Origin: Limisphaerales bacterium
GTDB lineage: Bacteria > Verrucomicrobiota > Verrucomicrobiia > Limisphaerales > AAA164-E04
Assembly: GCA_965242585.1 (NCBI GenBank)
Contig: OZ251460.1
Location: 1,486,692-1,550,691, forward strand
DNA length: 64,000 nt
Reading direction: 5' to 3'
Part shown: positions 8,428 through 17,440 of the stretch, piece by piece
Position numbering within the stretch: position 1 is the first letter of the stretch
How the letters are laid out: every line of letters starts with the position of its first letter
Position numbers and translations under genes: made by a program
The notes under the pieces: generated by a model
What the model was told of the DNA's origin: nothing
The model's input: only the letters and a program-made list of their open reading frames with translations
The model's database searches: none

Positions 8428-9474
8428 CTAAGCGCTCCCTGCCCTGCCTTCGGCCAAAGCAAGCGCCATTTCTTTGGCAAAATACGAAAGGATCAAATCC
8501 GCTCCCGCCCGCTTGATGGCCAACACCGATTCGTCGCGACAACGCTCATACTCCAACCATCCCATCTTCGCCGCCGCATGAATTTGCGCATACTCTCCGG
8601 AAACCTGATACGCCGCCAACGGCATCGTCGTCGCCTCCCGAAGCCGCGCCAAAACATCCAAATAAGGCCCGGCCGGCTTCACCATCAGCAAATCCGCTCC
8701 TTCCGCCTCGTCCAAAAGAGCGTCCCGCAACGCCTCGCGCGCATTCGCCGGATTCAATTGATACGTCCCTTTGTCCAAATAATCCGCGCCCGCCGCCATC
8801 CCGCTTCCCACCGCCTCTCGAAAAGGACCGTAGAAAGCCGAATTGAACTTCGCCGAATAAGCGAGAATCGCCGTGTTCACCATGCCGTCCGCATCCAAAG
8901 CCCGCCGAATGGCCGCCACTCTGCCGTCCATCATATCCGAAGGCGCCACCCAATCGCTCCCCGCCTGCGCCAACACCACCGCCATCTCCGACAAAACCTT
9001 CACCGTAGCATCGTTATCCACTTCCTCTCCACTCGCAACCAACACGCCGTCGTGCCCGTGATCCGTATAAGGATCCAACGCAACGTCGCCAATCACCGTC
9101 ATCTCCGTCACCGCCCCTTTGATCGCCCGCACAACCGAAGGAATCAAACCGTTCGGATTCAAAGCCTCCCCGCCGCAGGCATCCTTTACTTCCGGCGCCA
9201 CGCAAGGAAACAACGCCGCCGCTCGAATTCCCAACTCCCCAAGCTTCCGACATTCCGCAACCGCATCTTCCGGCGAATGCCGAAAAATGCCCGGCATCGA
9301 CCCAATCGGTTCCGGCATCGACAAATCCGCCTTCACAAACAGCGGCATCACCAAGTCCTCCGCCGTTACCCGACACTCCCGCACCAAATCCCGCACCCCC
9401 GCCGAACGACGCATCCGCCGCATCCGCCGAGTCCACTGCCTCATTAACTTCGCTTCCATAACCAAAAACTCCAA
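8428..9474 (-). CDS. hemB: Porphobilinogen synthase (delta-aminolevulinate dehydratase), Asp-rich (Zn-independent) type
   Basis: Motifs seen: RRMRRSAGVRDLVRE...LVMPLFV, SDMMDGRV, AYSAKFNSAFYGPFREA, MVKPAGPYLDV, AYQVSGEYA. The metal site reads DVALDPYTDHGHDG, the Asp-rich rather than Cys-rich motif. The exact start among several Met codons is uncertain. Confidence 0.93.
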   Translation of the reverse strand: MEFLVMEAKLMRQWTRRMRRMRRSAGVRDLVRECRVTAEDLVMPLFVKADLSMPEPIGSMPGIFRHSPEDAVAECRKLGELGIRAAALFPCVAPEVKDACGGEALNPNGLIPSVVRAIKGAVTEMTVIGDVALDPYTDHGHDGVLVASGEEVDNDATVKVLSEMAVVLAQAGSDWVAPSDMMDGRVAAIRRALDADGMVNTAILAYSAKFNSAFYGPFREAVGSGMAAGADYLDKGTYQLNPANAREALRDALLDEAEGADLLMVKPAGPYLDVLARLREATTMPLAAYQVSGEYAQIHAAAKMGWLEYERCRDESVLAIKRAGADLILSYFAKEMALALAEGRAGSA

Positions 9475-9513
9475 ATCTCATATCCAACTAGCACACCGCC
9501 CCACCACCATTAA

Positions 9514-10200
9514 TTAGAAATCAAAAAGTCGAATCATGCTGAAAAGCAAAAACATATCTAGCAATCTTTGATCAGCTAACTTGTTTTCCCCACCATCTTC
9601 AATCGTTTGGAGTAATCTCGGATTTTGGTGACCGCCATCAGCATAGTGGACTCGATGTAGCAGCGCCGATATGCCTCCGGACCTATCCAAGAAACAATCT
9701 GCCTCTTCAGGTAGTTGAGCCGGTGTTCTAGCCTTAACGGGAATGGGAAAACCTTCCTCGCTTTCATAGATTGTTTTGGCGGCCACTAACGGCCGCAACA
9801 TCTCCTCAATCACATCCAACTCGGCAAACGCCAAATCTACTCGCCTTTGAATGTCTTCCATTGTGCGCTGGCTCTTCATTGGAACGAAATTCCCGCCCAC
9901 GAAAGATAAACACCAATGAAAGTGGGAACCATCGCGCTGATAATAATCCAAAAATAGCGGCTCGCTAGTTTCTTGGAATTCTCCAAGCGATCGGAACGGA
10001 CGTTCATGCCGTTTTTTGCCGTTGCCGCGAATGTCTTCGTCGATTTTGTCCAGCTTGGCGGTCAAGGTGGTCTCCATCCTCTTCAAATTCTCTTCAAACC
10101 GCTGGAACCGCTCGTCGATGACCGTCTCCAATTTGCTGACGCTCTTCTCCAGATTTCCAATTCGGGTTAGGCATTCGTTCATGTTTGACGGTTCGTTCAT
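9514..10200 (-). CDS. Hypothetical cytoplasmic protein with N-terminal coiled coil
   Basis: 228-aa ORF with a heptad-like N-terminus (LEKSVSKLETVIDERFQRFEENLKRMETTLTAKLDKIDEDI). No recognisable domain. The DNA is visibly more AT-rich than the flanking hemB. Confidence 0.55.
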   Translation of the reverse strand: MNEPSNMNECLTRIGNLEKSVSKLETVIDERFQRFEENLKRMETTLTAKLDKIDEDIRGNGKKRHERPFRSLGEFQETSEPLFLDYYQRDGSHFHWCLSFVGGNFVPMKSQRTMEDIQRRVDLAFAELDVIEEMLRPLVAAKTIYESEEGFPIPVKARTPAQLPEEADCFLDRSGGISALLHRVHYADGGHQNPRLLQTIEDGGENKLADQRLLDMFLLFSMIRLFDF

Positions 10201-10307
10201 GCCTTCCAGTCAAGCCTCGCGCCGCCCCGCTGTCAAGCCAACGCCAAAAAAAGAAACCGCCGAGAAACCAATCTCGACGGTTGTTTTCCGCAAGGGCAAA
10301 GATTAGT

Positions 10308-11411
10308 TCACTTGATTAACAACGGATCACCATCTTTCAATTCCCTCTCGTATGTGCTGTTGTAGGCGAACACCTCGTTACCCATCTTCAAGAATCCTTC
10401 CGCCGGGATTTCATTGAGCAGACGCTCTTGAATTTTCGTTGCTAGTTCTTTGGACATTAGCGGTTGCCGGGTTCGATGATCCATGAGCAAGGCGCCAATG
10501 ATGGTGCCTTTCAGGTGTTCGGCTCGATCTTGCCACGTCATGTCCACGGTTTCGTATCGTTGGCTGGCTTGGAAGGCTTCGATTCGCCGCCGCATTTCTT
10601 GGGCGCGTTCTTCTCGAAGTTCCTTCGTCATGGACATCTGTTCGCTTCTGGGCAAAGCTCGGTAGACTGCCAATTGTTCCGGCGTCAAGCCGTCCAGCAC
10701 GCTGGGCGGGTTTTGCGGCGGCGGCTGCGGTTGATACACTTGGACGTTCTTCCGATAGATTGCATCGGGTGCTTTTGCCATTGCTTGATGGTATTTCTTA
10801 AGAGAATTAAATGCCCAACCGAGATCGAAGACAGAGTCAAACTCGCCGACTTCTTCGGTGATGATGTCGTGCATCTGTTCGAACTCTTCGGTGTAGGGCA
10901 AACGGCTTTCGTAGAACTTCCGCAGGAAGCTGTGGTTCCAAACTAAGTCGCGCATTTCCCAGTAGGCGTCGTCCTTCTTCTCTTCCGGCCATTCTCTTAC
11001 CCTGCTCGGATCGTAGGCGGTTGGATCGTAGGTGATCTCTGGATGATAGGTTGGCTCGAACGGGAATCGATCAACCCAATCCTGCCTGCTTTCCCACCAT
11101 TCCTTCTCCGCCTTTTTCTCCGCTTCTTTGCGTTTGAGTTCTTCTTCGTAAGCCAAGCCGCCATCAATTTGTTCTTGAGTGAGCCAGACTTTGTTTCCGT
11201 TCTCATCCACCCTGTAGGCGACGTAGCCTTCTGGCATCGTTACCTCATCCAACGCCGAAGCGGGTTCCTTCGTTTCTGGCTCGGTTTGCGGAGGCTCGGC
11301 GGTTTCTTCCGCTTGTTTTGGCGAGGAGAAAACCGTCACCAACATGGCGACGATGACGGCTAATGCAACCACGCCAAAGCCGCCGTAAAGAAGTTTATCT
11401 GTCTTGTTCAT
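10308..11411 (-). CDS. Hypothetical single-pass membrane protein (large W/Y/E-rich extracytoplasmic part)
   Basis: The ORF runs 10308-11495. The likely start is ATG 11411 (MNKTDKLLYGGFGVVALAVIVAMLVTVF), which avoids overlap with the upstream gene. No domain recognised. Confidence 0.6.
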   Translation of the reverse strand: MNKTDKLLYGGFGVVALAVIVAMLVTVFSSPKQAEETAEPPQTEPETKEPASALDEVTMPEGYVAYRVDENGNKVWLTQEQIDGGLAYEEELKRKEAEKKAEKEWWESRQDWVDRFPFEPTYHPEITYDPTAYDPSRVREWPEEKKDDAYWEMRDLVWNHSFLRKFYESRLPYTEEFEQMHDIITEEVGEFDSVFDLGWAFNSLKKYHQAMAKAPDAIYRKNVQVYQPQPPPQNPPSVLDGLTPEQLAVYRALPRSEQMSMTKELREERAQEMRRRIEAFQASQRYETVDMTWQDRAEHLKGTIIGALLMDHRTRQPLMSKELATKIQERLLNEIPAEGFLKMGNEVFAYNSTYERELKDGDPLLIK

Positions 11412-11437
11412 GGGTCTTGCTCTCCTTTCTTGCTTGC

Positions 11438-12598
11438 TTAGTCTTCTTCTTGAACGACAACGCGCTTGACTCTCTTCTCCGTAGACCAACCCCATCTGCT
11501 GTAGCGTCCCGAATGAATGGGGCCGTACGTTAGGACTTCGTATTTTTGATTTTCGAATCGGCGTCGGGCGGAGTTGTTAATGTCCGGCGCTATGCTGAGG
11601 GATTGATTGTTCTTGCAGAGATCTGTCACCCAGCTGCTGTCGGGTTCGTAGGATTTGAACTCGTAGTCTCTTGATGTTTCTTCTCCTGGGTACACTGACG
11701 TGCCGTCTTCGTTTACATCGTTGTACGTCCAATAGACCGTGCCTTCGTAGTCGTTGGCATCGGGGTCGTCGGGAGTGTTATCGCTCAATGCGGCATGGCC
11801 GGTGACGTTCTCAAACTTGCTTTCCATTTCGTAGGAGCCGACGTTGTAGGTTGTCGTTTGTTGTTCAAACGCATGGCCAGCATAGACGGCTTCGCCCTTG
11901 GTTATTGCCAGTCGCTTGAGAAATTTCGCCTTTTCCTTTTCAATGGCATCGGCTCTGGCATAGACCCAGTAATCATCTACATAGAAGTCGTCTGAGGAGT
12001 AAAACACCTCAAACTTGTGCCATTTGTAGGAGACTTTTGAGTGGTACAAATACCATTTGGCTTGGGCTTGGGTCATGGCCTCCCCGTTGGCAAACCTTCC
12101 GCTGAGGGACTCGTTGTTGTCTTCTCGCAGTTGGCTGGCGTTTTCGGTTGTGGTCGTCCAGTTGCCCGTCCAGCGTTGGTTGGCAGAATCCCATTCGTCT
12201 TCCTTCGTGATTTGCTCGAAGGAGTTGGAAAGCCAGTAGGCCGTGTTTGCAACGGCTTTGGCGGTCGGGGCAAGGGTAGCGCCGGGTGTTTTGCTTGAGC
12301 CTCCGTTGAGGGCCAACAATTCTTTTTTGCCCGTGGACAAAAACTCGCCAACCGCCCAAGAGACGATCATATCAATGGTGAATATTGCCGCCTTGGTTTG
12401 GATGGGCGTCAACGCGGTGGCGATGCCGGTGAGCGCAAGAACGGCGAGAACGCCGATGCGCTTGCGTGTCCAGCGCGATTCCTTCGCCGTTGCCGGCGAT
12501 TCTTTGTTTTCCGATGCAGGTTGCATGGCTTCGTTGGGGTTATCTTGACCGATTCCAGAGGAATTATCAAGCCTGTTTTCGTTATTTAATTTGCGCAT
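11438..12598 (-). CDS. Hypothetical single-pass membrane protein
   Basis: 386-aa ORF with a polar N-terminus followed by the TM helix RKRIGVLAVLALTGIATALTPI. No domain recognised. It lies 26 nt upstream of the next gene on the same strand. Confidence 0.6.
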   Translation of the reverse strand: MRKLNNENRLDNSSGIGQDNPNEAMQPASENKESPATAKESRWTRKRIGVLAVLALTGIATALTPIQTKAAIFTIDMIVSWAVGEFLSTGKKELLALNGGSSKTPGATLAPTAKAVANTAYWLSNSFEQITKEDEWDSANQRWTGNWTTTTENASQLREDNNESLSGRFANGEAMTQAQAKWYLYHSKVSYKWHKFEVFYSSDDFYVDDYWVYARADAIEKEKAKFLKRLAITKGEAVYAGHAFEQQTTTYNVGSYEMESKFENVTGHAALSDNTPDDPDANDYEGTVYWTYNDVNEDGTSVYPGEETSRDYEFKSYEPDSSWVTDLCKNNQSLSIAPDINNSARRRFENQKYEVLTYGPIHSGRYSRWGWSTEKRVKRVVVQEED

Positions 12599-13209
12599 AA
12601 AACGATCTTTCTCTGCTGATTGGTGTCTTTAAGTGTCATTAATTCAGGCCGATTAAGCCACTCCCGGCAGAGTAAAAAGCGCGAGTTCCTGCCCGTTCGC
12701 CGAAGCAAACGGGAAAGGAAACGTTGGTCTTTCCCGCCAAAATTCATAATCAAACTGTGATATTCAGCAAGGAGACCCGACAACGAATCTTCCCTGCCGA
12801 AAGTGGCTTGAGAGCAAGAAAATCAAAAATCCAGCTGGTTGGCAAGCTTTTTTTGAACTTTTTTTGCGGCTTTGGAAAATTCGGCTTTTCGGCCGGTTTT
12901 TTGAGGATTTTTTCTGGTGAAGTAAGGCTGAGGTGGTGTTCGTTTCCTTCTTTGGAGAAGCCTTCGGCAATGGCTTAGCATCCTATTAGTAGAGGTTTTG
13001 TAACGACGTTGTTGCCGTATTTGGGGCGGGTGTTTGGCGGTTGCCGGGAGGTGTTTCCGTCTTGGTAATTGGTTAACATAGGGATGAGTTGTTGGGTTTC
13101 TGATGGTTTACGCTGGCTGCGGCTGGTTGGCGGGCGGTTGCGTTTTTATCGCATTGGCGTAGATTGGGTGGAAGCCGAGCAAAGAACGATACTTTACGAA
13201 AATGTAAAA

Positions 13210-14049
13210 ATGAGTGGGATTCGATGTTCCGAGACTGCCGAGATTGTTCGTTTCCATTCCTCGAATGGAAATACGGAGCGGGTTGAGGACGTCGTCAGCG
13301 CCGAGCAACCGTTGGAAATTCGGGTGCGCGGGCAAAGCGTGGCGATTACGATGCGAACGCCGGGGCACGACCGGGAGTTGGCGGCGGGCTTTGCCATTTC
13401 CGAAGGACTCATCGACGATTCAGCGCAACTTTTGGAGGTGGATCATTGCCGCCGGGAAGAGGCCGAGCATCCGGAGAACATCGTCAACTTGTATCTGGAT
13501 GCCGACGCTCCCTGCGATCTGCAAAAACTCTCCCGGCACGTCTTTGCTTCGTCCAGTTGCGGCATCTGCGGCAAGGCGTCTTTGGAAGCGATTCGAAATC
13601 TTTGGCCGCCTGTTCGGTCGGACTTTCGCATCGCATCGGCGCAAGTTCTTTCACTTCCGCAACAACTTTGGCGGGCGCAAGCGGAGTTTCAACGGACTGG
13701 CGGGCTTCACGCTGCGGCCTTGTTCGATTCAGACGGGGCCATTGTCTGCGTCCGGGAAGACGTGGGGCGGCACAATGCCGTCGACAAAGTTATCGGTTGG
13801 AGCTTTCTTAACGGTTGTTTTCCTTTGGAAAGCCGCCTGCTGCTGGTCAGTGGCCGGGCGTCTTTTGAGATTATGCAGAAGGCGTTGGCCGGGCGCGTCC
13901 CTTTTGTCGCCGCCGTGTCGGCGCCGTCAAGCCTAGCCGTCGAATTCGCCAAAGAAAACGGGCAAACTTTGGTAGGCTTTCTTCGCTCCGCCGGTTTCAA
14001 TGTCTATTCGGCTCCGGAACGCATTCAAGCGTCTTCGAGTTTTTCCTAA
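13210..14049 (+). CDS. fdhD: Formate dehydrogenase accessory sulfurtransferase FdhD
   Basis: Motifs seen: RVRGQSVAITMRTPGHDRELAAGFAISEGL, SSCGICGKASLE, GGLHAAALF, VREDVGRHNAVDKVIGW, LLVSGRASFEIMQKA, VAAVSAPSSLAVEFA. The ORF opens at 13069, but Met at 13210 fits family length. Confidence 0.9.
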   Translation: MSGIRCSETAEIVRFHSSNGNTERVEDVVSAEQPLEIRVRGQSVAITMRTPGHDRELAAGFAISEGLIDDSAQLLEVDHCRREEAEHPENIVNLYLDADAPCDLQKLSRHVFASSSCGICGKASLEAIRNLWPPVRSDFRIASAQVLSLPQQLWRAQAEFQRTGGLHAAALFDSDGAIVCVREDVGRHNAVDKVIGWSFLNGCFPLESRLLLVSGRASFEIMQKALAGRVPFVAAVSAPSSLAVEFAKENGQTLVGFLRSAGFNVYSAPERIQASSSFS

Positions 14050-14168
14050 AAATTCTCTGGACAATCCGCGCCGCCCGGCTGGATACTCCCGCTTGCGAAA
14101 AACAGCCGGCATTCCGCTCCAAATTTGGCGTTGTTTTCAGACTGCGCGCTCGGCTATATTGTCCGCCG

Positions 14169-15146
14169 ATGGAACCGAAAAATCCAACCGAAGCCAATAA
14201 GTGTACCCGGCGCCAAGCCATAAGCACGGTCGGCGCGGTCGGGGCGTCTTCCGTTCTGACTGCCTGCGCCACAACGCGAAAAGCGGCCAGGCCTTCTTCC
14301 GCCTTTCGTTATTGCCTGAACATGAGCACGATCCGAGGCCAAAAGCTTTCCGCCGCTGAGGAAATTGAAGTGGCCGGCAAGTCCGGCTATGACGGCATCG
14401 AGCCGTGGATGGGAAAGCTCCGTCAGTATGTCGAGGAAGGAGGCTCGCCGGCCGAGTTGCGAAGGCGGATCGAGGATTACGGGATGACCGTCGAGAGTGC
14501 GATCGGTTTTGCCAGTTGGATCGTCAATGATCCTGAAAAACGCAAACAGGGATTCGAAGAGGCAAAACGGGATATGGAACTTCTCGCCAAAATCGGTGGC
14601 AAACGCATTGCCGCGCCGCCGGCCGGCGTTCCACGAGGGGAACCGGCCGAACCTTTGGCCGCAGCAGAGCGTTATCGCCAATTGCTGGAACTGGGCGAAC
14701 AGATCGGCGTAGTTCCCCAAATCGAAATGTGGGGCGGCAATGAAAGCATCGGGAAAGTCAGCACCGCCATTTTTATAGCAGTCGAGAGCGGCCATCCCGA
14801 CGCCTGTTTCTTGGGCGACGTGTTCCACACTTACAAAGGCGGATCGGATTTTGACAGCTTTCGCCTTCTCAGCGCCCAGGCGCTCCAAGTGTTTCACGTC
14901 AACGATTATCCCGCCGCTCCTCCGCCAAACGCCATTGGCGACGAACACCGCGTCTATCCCGGCGACGGCATTGCTCCCCTTACCAAAATTCTGAACATCT
15001 TCCAGTCCGTAGGCGCGGCCCCGGCGCTGTCCTTGGAACTTTTCAACCGCGAGTATTGGAAGAAGGACGCCTTGGACGCCGCCCAAATCGGACTGGCGAA
15101 AATGCGGCAGATAGTCGCCCAAGCAACAGTTCAAATGGCGAAGTAG
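14169..15146 (+). CDS. Tat-exported sugar phosphate isomerase/epimerase (xylose-isomerase-like TIM barrel)
   Basis: Twin-arginine signal TRRQAISTVGAVGASSVLTACA. This is followed by FRYCLNMSTIRG...SGYDGIEPW...IGGKRIAAPPAG...VPQIEMWG...HVNDYPA, typical of the AP-endonuclease-2/TIM-barrel family. Confidence 0.8.
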   Translation: MEPKNPTEANKCTRRQAISTVGAVGASSVLTACATTRKAARPSSAFRYCLNMSTIRGQKLSAAEEIEVAGKSGYDGIEPWMGKLRQYVEEGGSPAELRRRIEDYGMTVESAIGFASWIVNDPEKRKQGFEEAKRDMELLAKIGGKRIAAPPAGVPRGEPAEPLAAAERYRQLLELGEQIGVVPQIEMWGGNESIGKVSTAIFIAVESGHPDACFLGDVFHTYKGGSDFDSFRLLSAQALQVFHVNDYPAAPPPNAIGDEHRVYPGDGIAPLTKILNIFQSVGAAPALSLELFNREYWKKDALDAAQIGLAKMRQIVAQATVQMAK

Positions 15147-15289
15147 TTTAACAAATCCTGTTTTCGTTTCCAGGATGATGGAAAAACAACCACGTTTTTG
15201 TGTTGTAGTGGGATTTGCGGGTTCAACTCCTGCCTTCGCCTCCTTCCACTGGCAAAGGTAGTTTCATCCATCCATTGTAGAGATAACCT

Positions 15290-15871
15290 TTATTGCTTGG
15301 AGTCCGCCGAATTCAGTGATTTAACGGCCTCTTTCCGCTCTTCGTCCCCAATCTTTCCGTCCCCGTCCTTGTCAAACCGTTTGAGAATGTCTTCAGGGCG
15401 CAACCGTTTGCTTGACGGAAACGAAGGAAGGAAAGTTCCTTGATTGGTGGAAACGGCCTCCGGTTTGGACAATAACAGCGCGGAGGAAACCGTTTCCACT
15501 CCGGGAAGAAACACTTGCAGGCGCGGTTTGCCGCTCTTGGAAGAACGGAAAACCGCGTAGTTGAAGTGGCCGAACAACCGTTTCAGCGCCGAGGCTGGCG
15601 GCAAGTCTTCAAAAGTTCCCGAAACAACCACGCCTGAGTCCACGGGGATTTGGACGTCCCAATCCGTCGCCAAAGCAATTTGGGTCAAGACTTTTTCAAT
15701 AGGCCAGTCTTTGAATCCGGCGCTCACTTGGTTTTTCTTTTTGTCCCAAAGAAACCAATCCTCCGCCACATCCTCCGCGCTCAAAGAAAGTGCAAACATC
15801 GCCCAGAAAGTGCAAAACGCCCAAGCAAAGCCCTGTCGTTTATGGAACCAAAAATCTTTCATCGTTTCCAT
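15290..15871 (-). CDS. Hypothetical exported protein with C-terminal EF-hand Ca-binding loop
   Basis: 193 aa with N-terminal hydrophobic segment FAWAFCTFWAMFALSLSA. The central part resembles an STN/secretin-N-like fold. The C-terminus carries DKDGDGKIGDEE, the canonical 12-residue EF-hand loop. Confidence 0.6.
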   Translation of the reverse strand: METMKDFWFHKRQGFAWAFCTFWAMFALSLSAEDVAEDWFLWDKKKNQVSAGFKDWPIEKVLTQIALATDWDVQIPVDSGVVVSGTFEDLPPASALKRLFGHFNYAVFRSSKSGKPRLQVFLPGVETVSSALLLSKPEAVSTNQGTFLPSFPSSKRLRPEDILKRFDKDGDGKIGDEERKEAVKSLNSADSKQ

Positions 15872-16470
15872 TTTCGCAGAAATAGAGGTTTTGGACGATA
15901 TTTTTCTAATGCTTGAAACGCCCGCTTTTCTAACTCCTCGTCAAAATTATTGAGTTCTCCTCTGAGATTGATTTGCATCGCGCAAAGAATCTCTTTCGCA
16001 ATCATTTTGTTGTATTCTCTGCTTTTTCGTTTGCGGATTCTGGAAAAACGAGGCGGACGATGCTTTTCCAACAATCGAAACGCCTGATTTTTCACTAATT
16101 CGTTGAAGTGATTAGGATTACTGCCACTTCCCTCTACAGCCCATTTAATCTTTTCCGCAATCTCTCTGTGCCGAGCCGTGCGTTTTTCCAAACAGCGTTG
16201 ATTCAACTTAACAATCAACCCAATGAGTGATTCTAATGTTGCGAATAATAGCGCAAGAACAGCGGCAACAGCCGCAACATTCGCTCCCGCTAATCCAAGT
16301 ATTTCAAGCCATTCTTCATCGCATTCTTGGAAAATTGTGGCAAAAACAATAAAGTTTCCCAAAATTGAACCAAAGCCGAAATACCAGAATTTCCATTTTT
16401 GAGGAACTGAGAAGAAATCAACTCTCGGTTCTTCTTTAGTCTCGTTTTTTCGATCTGTTTTTCGATCCAT
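15859..16470 (-). CDS. Hypothetical membrane protein with internal AF(R/Q)xLEK(H/Y)RP repeat
   Basis: 203 aa with two predicted TM helices (WYFGFGSILGNFIVFATIF and ANVAAVAAVLALLFATL). A duplicated motif is present: AFRLLEKHRPPRF and AFQALEKYRPKPLF. It overlaps the downstream gene by 13 nt. Confidence 0.5.
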   Translation of the reverse strand: MDRKTDRKNETKEEPRVDFFSVPQKWKFWYFGFGSILGNFIVFATIFQECDEEWLEILGLAGANVAAVAAVLALLFATLESLIGLIVKLNQRCLEKRTARHREIAEKIKWAVEGSGSNPNHFNELVKNQAFRLLEKHRPPRFSRIRKRKSREYNKMIAKEILCAMQINLRGELNNFDEELEKRAFQALEKYRPKPLFLRKWKR

Positions 16471-16556
16471 TCAACAAACCTCTCTTATCCAGCGACCCCA
16501 AAACGACCACGACAGTAAAGCCAGCGAGGCTAATACCCGCGCCAATCATGCAAATT

Positions 16557-17427
16557 TCATAACCGCCCATAACTACCACCTCCTTTCTTCGTTTTCTTTT
16601 GAAATTGACGGAAAAAGATAAAACCAAGCGCAAATAATCCAAACACGAGCGCATATTCCTCTGGTTCGGGGATGACTCGATGGTAGATGCTCACATGAAC
16701 ACCGCCAAAATAAGGGCGGTCGGTGAGGGTTTGAATGCTGTCAAAACCTAATAGACTAAAATGTTCCGAAGCCCTGAAGTCACCAATGGGTTTGTCCATG
16801 ATGCCAGAGCCAAACCATCGAAATGTTTGCCCGTTGGTATAAGACAGATTGCCGCCGCCCGGTGTGCCTCGAATGCCGATTTCGTCAACAGCGGCGTCGT
16901 TCATAAAAATCGAGCCGATGTTTTTAGTGGCGATTCCAGCGGTCATTGTCGGCGTGTTGGTGACGTCGACGTTATCAAACAAGATAGTGTTTCCGCTAAA
17001 CTGCCCAAAACTAGTAGCGCCGGGCAGTCTTCTCGTTATCGAATCGATGTCTTTTGGATGGTTGGTACTGGAAAACAGCGGAGAAATGGAAAACAACTCG
17101 TTGGTTGGCTTGTTAGATGAATAAAAGCCCCCAATGTCTTGGTGGTCTGAAGTTTTCCAAGAGTCTCTTCGGTGGAAGTTTCCGCTACTTCGGATGGAGC
17201 TTCCATAAACAGCGCGTTTGGCGATGTTTGAGTTTATCTCGTTCGGTCCAAAAATCCAAATCGTTTTGTTGTTGTCGTCTTGGCTTGGAAAAACTGAGAT
17301 GGCAAGTTGCGCTTGCCCCCCCCGTCGTTGCCAAAAATCCCGTCAGCGCCAGCCAAAAGAAGCCGAAAGTCGTCCATTTCGTCCACCGTGCATTGAAATC
17401 ACTCATGTCGAAATCACTTTTGCCCAC
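16557..17427 (-). CDS. PEP-CTERM sorting-domain protein (paralogue of 1646-2432), interrupted by a +1 frameshift at a poly-G(8) tract
   Basis: The C-terminus VIPEPEEYALVFGLFALGFIFFRQFQKKTKK is nearly identical to that of the first paralogue. The mature-part frame reads QAQLAISVFPSQDDNNKTIWIFG...SISPLFSSTNHPKD, which parallels AQAQLIIDVYPSQDNPTNQTLWIFSG...SLSPLFSSSNTRD. The signal peptide MSDFNARWTKWTTFGFFWLALTGFLATTGG sits in another frame, and the frames meet at 8 G (17316-17323). Confidence 0.75.
17316..17323 (-). repeat. Homopolymeric tract: 8 G on the coding (minus) strand
   Basis: Counted directly: C at 17316-17323 on the plus strand, at the signal-peptide/mature-protein junction of the second PEP-CTERM gene. 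Confidence 0.95.
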
Positions 17428-17440
17428 TTCGGCGGCGTTG

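Noticed and set aside
8377-9447. 356-aa ORF on the plus strand
   Set aside because: It is antisense to the well-supported hemB. Its translation is R/H/P/Q-rich low complexity, typical of the reverse strand of a GC-rich gene.
14154-15134. 326-aa ORF on the minus strand
   Set aside because: It is the mirror image of the Tat-signal TIM-barrel isomerase gene and has no motifs. The plus-strand product has clear family features.
16436-16570. Possible 44-aa TM peptide (MGGYEICMIGAGISLAGFTVVVVLGSLDK...)
   Set aside because: It overlaps both neighbouring genes (14 nt and 35 nt) and has no supporting features beyond hydrophobicity. That is too weak to call.
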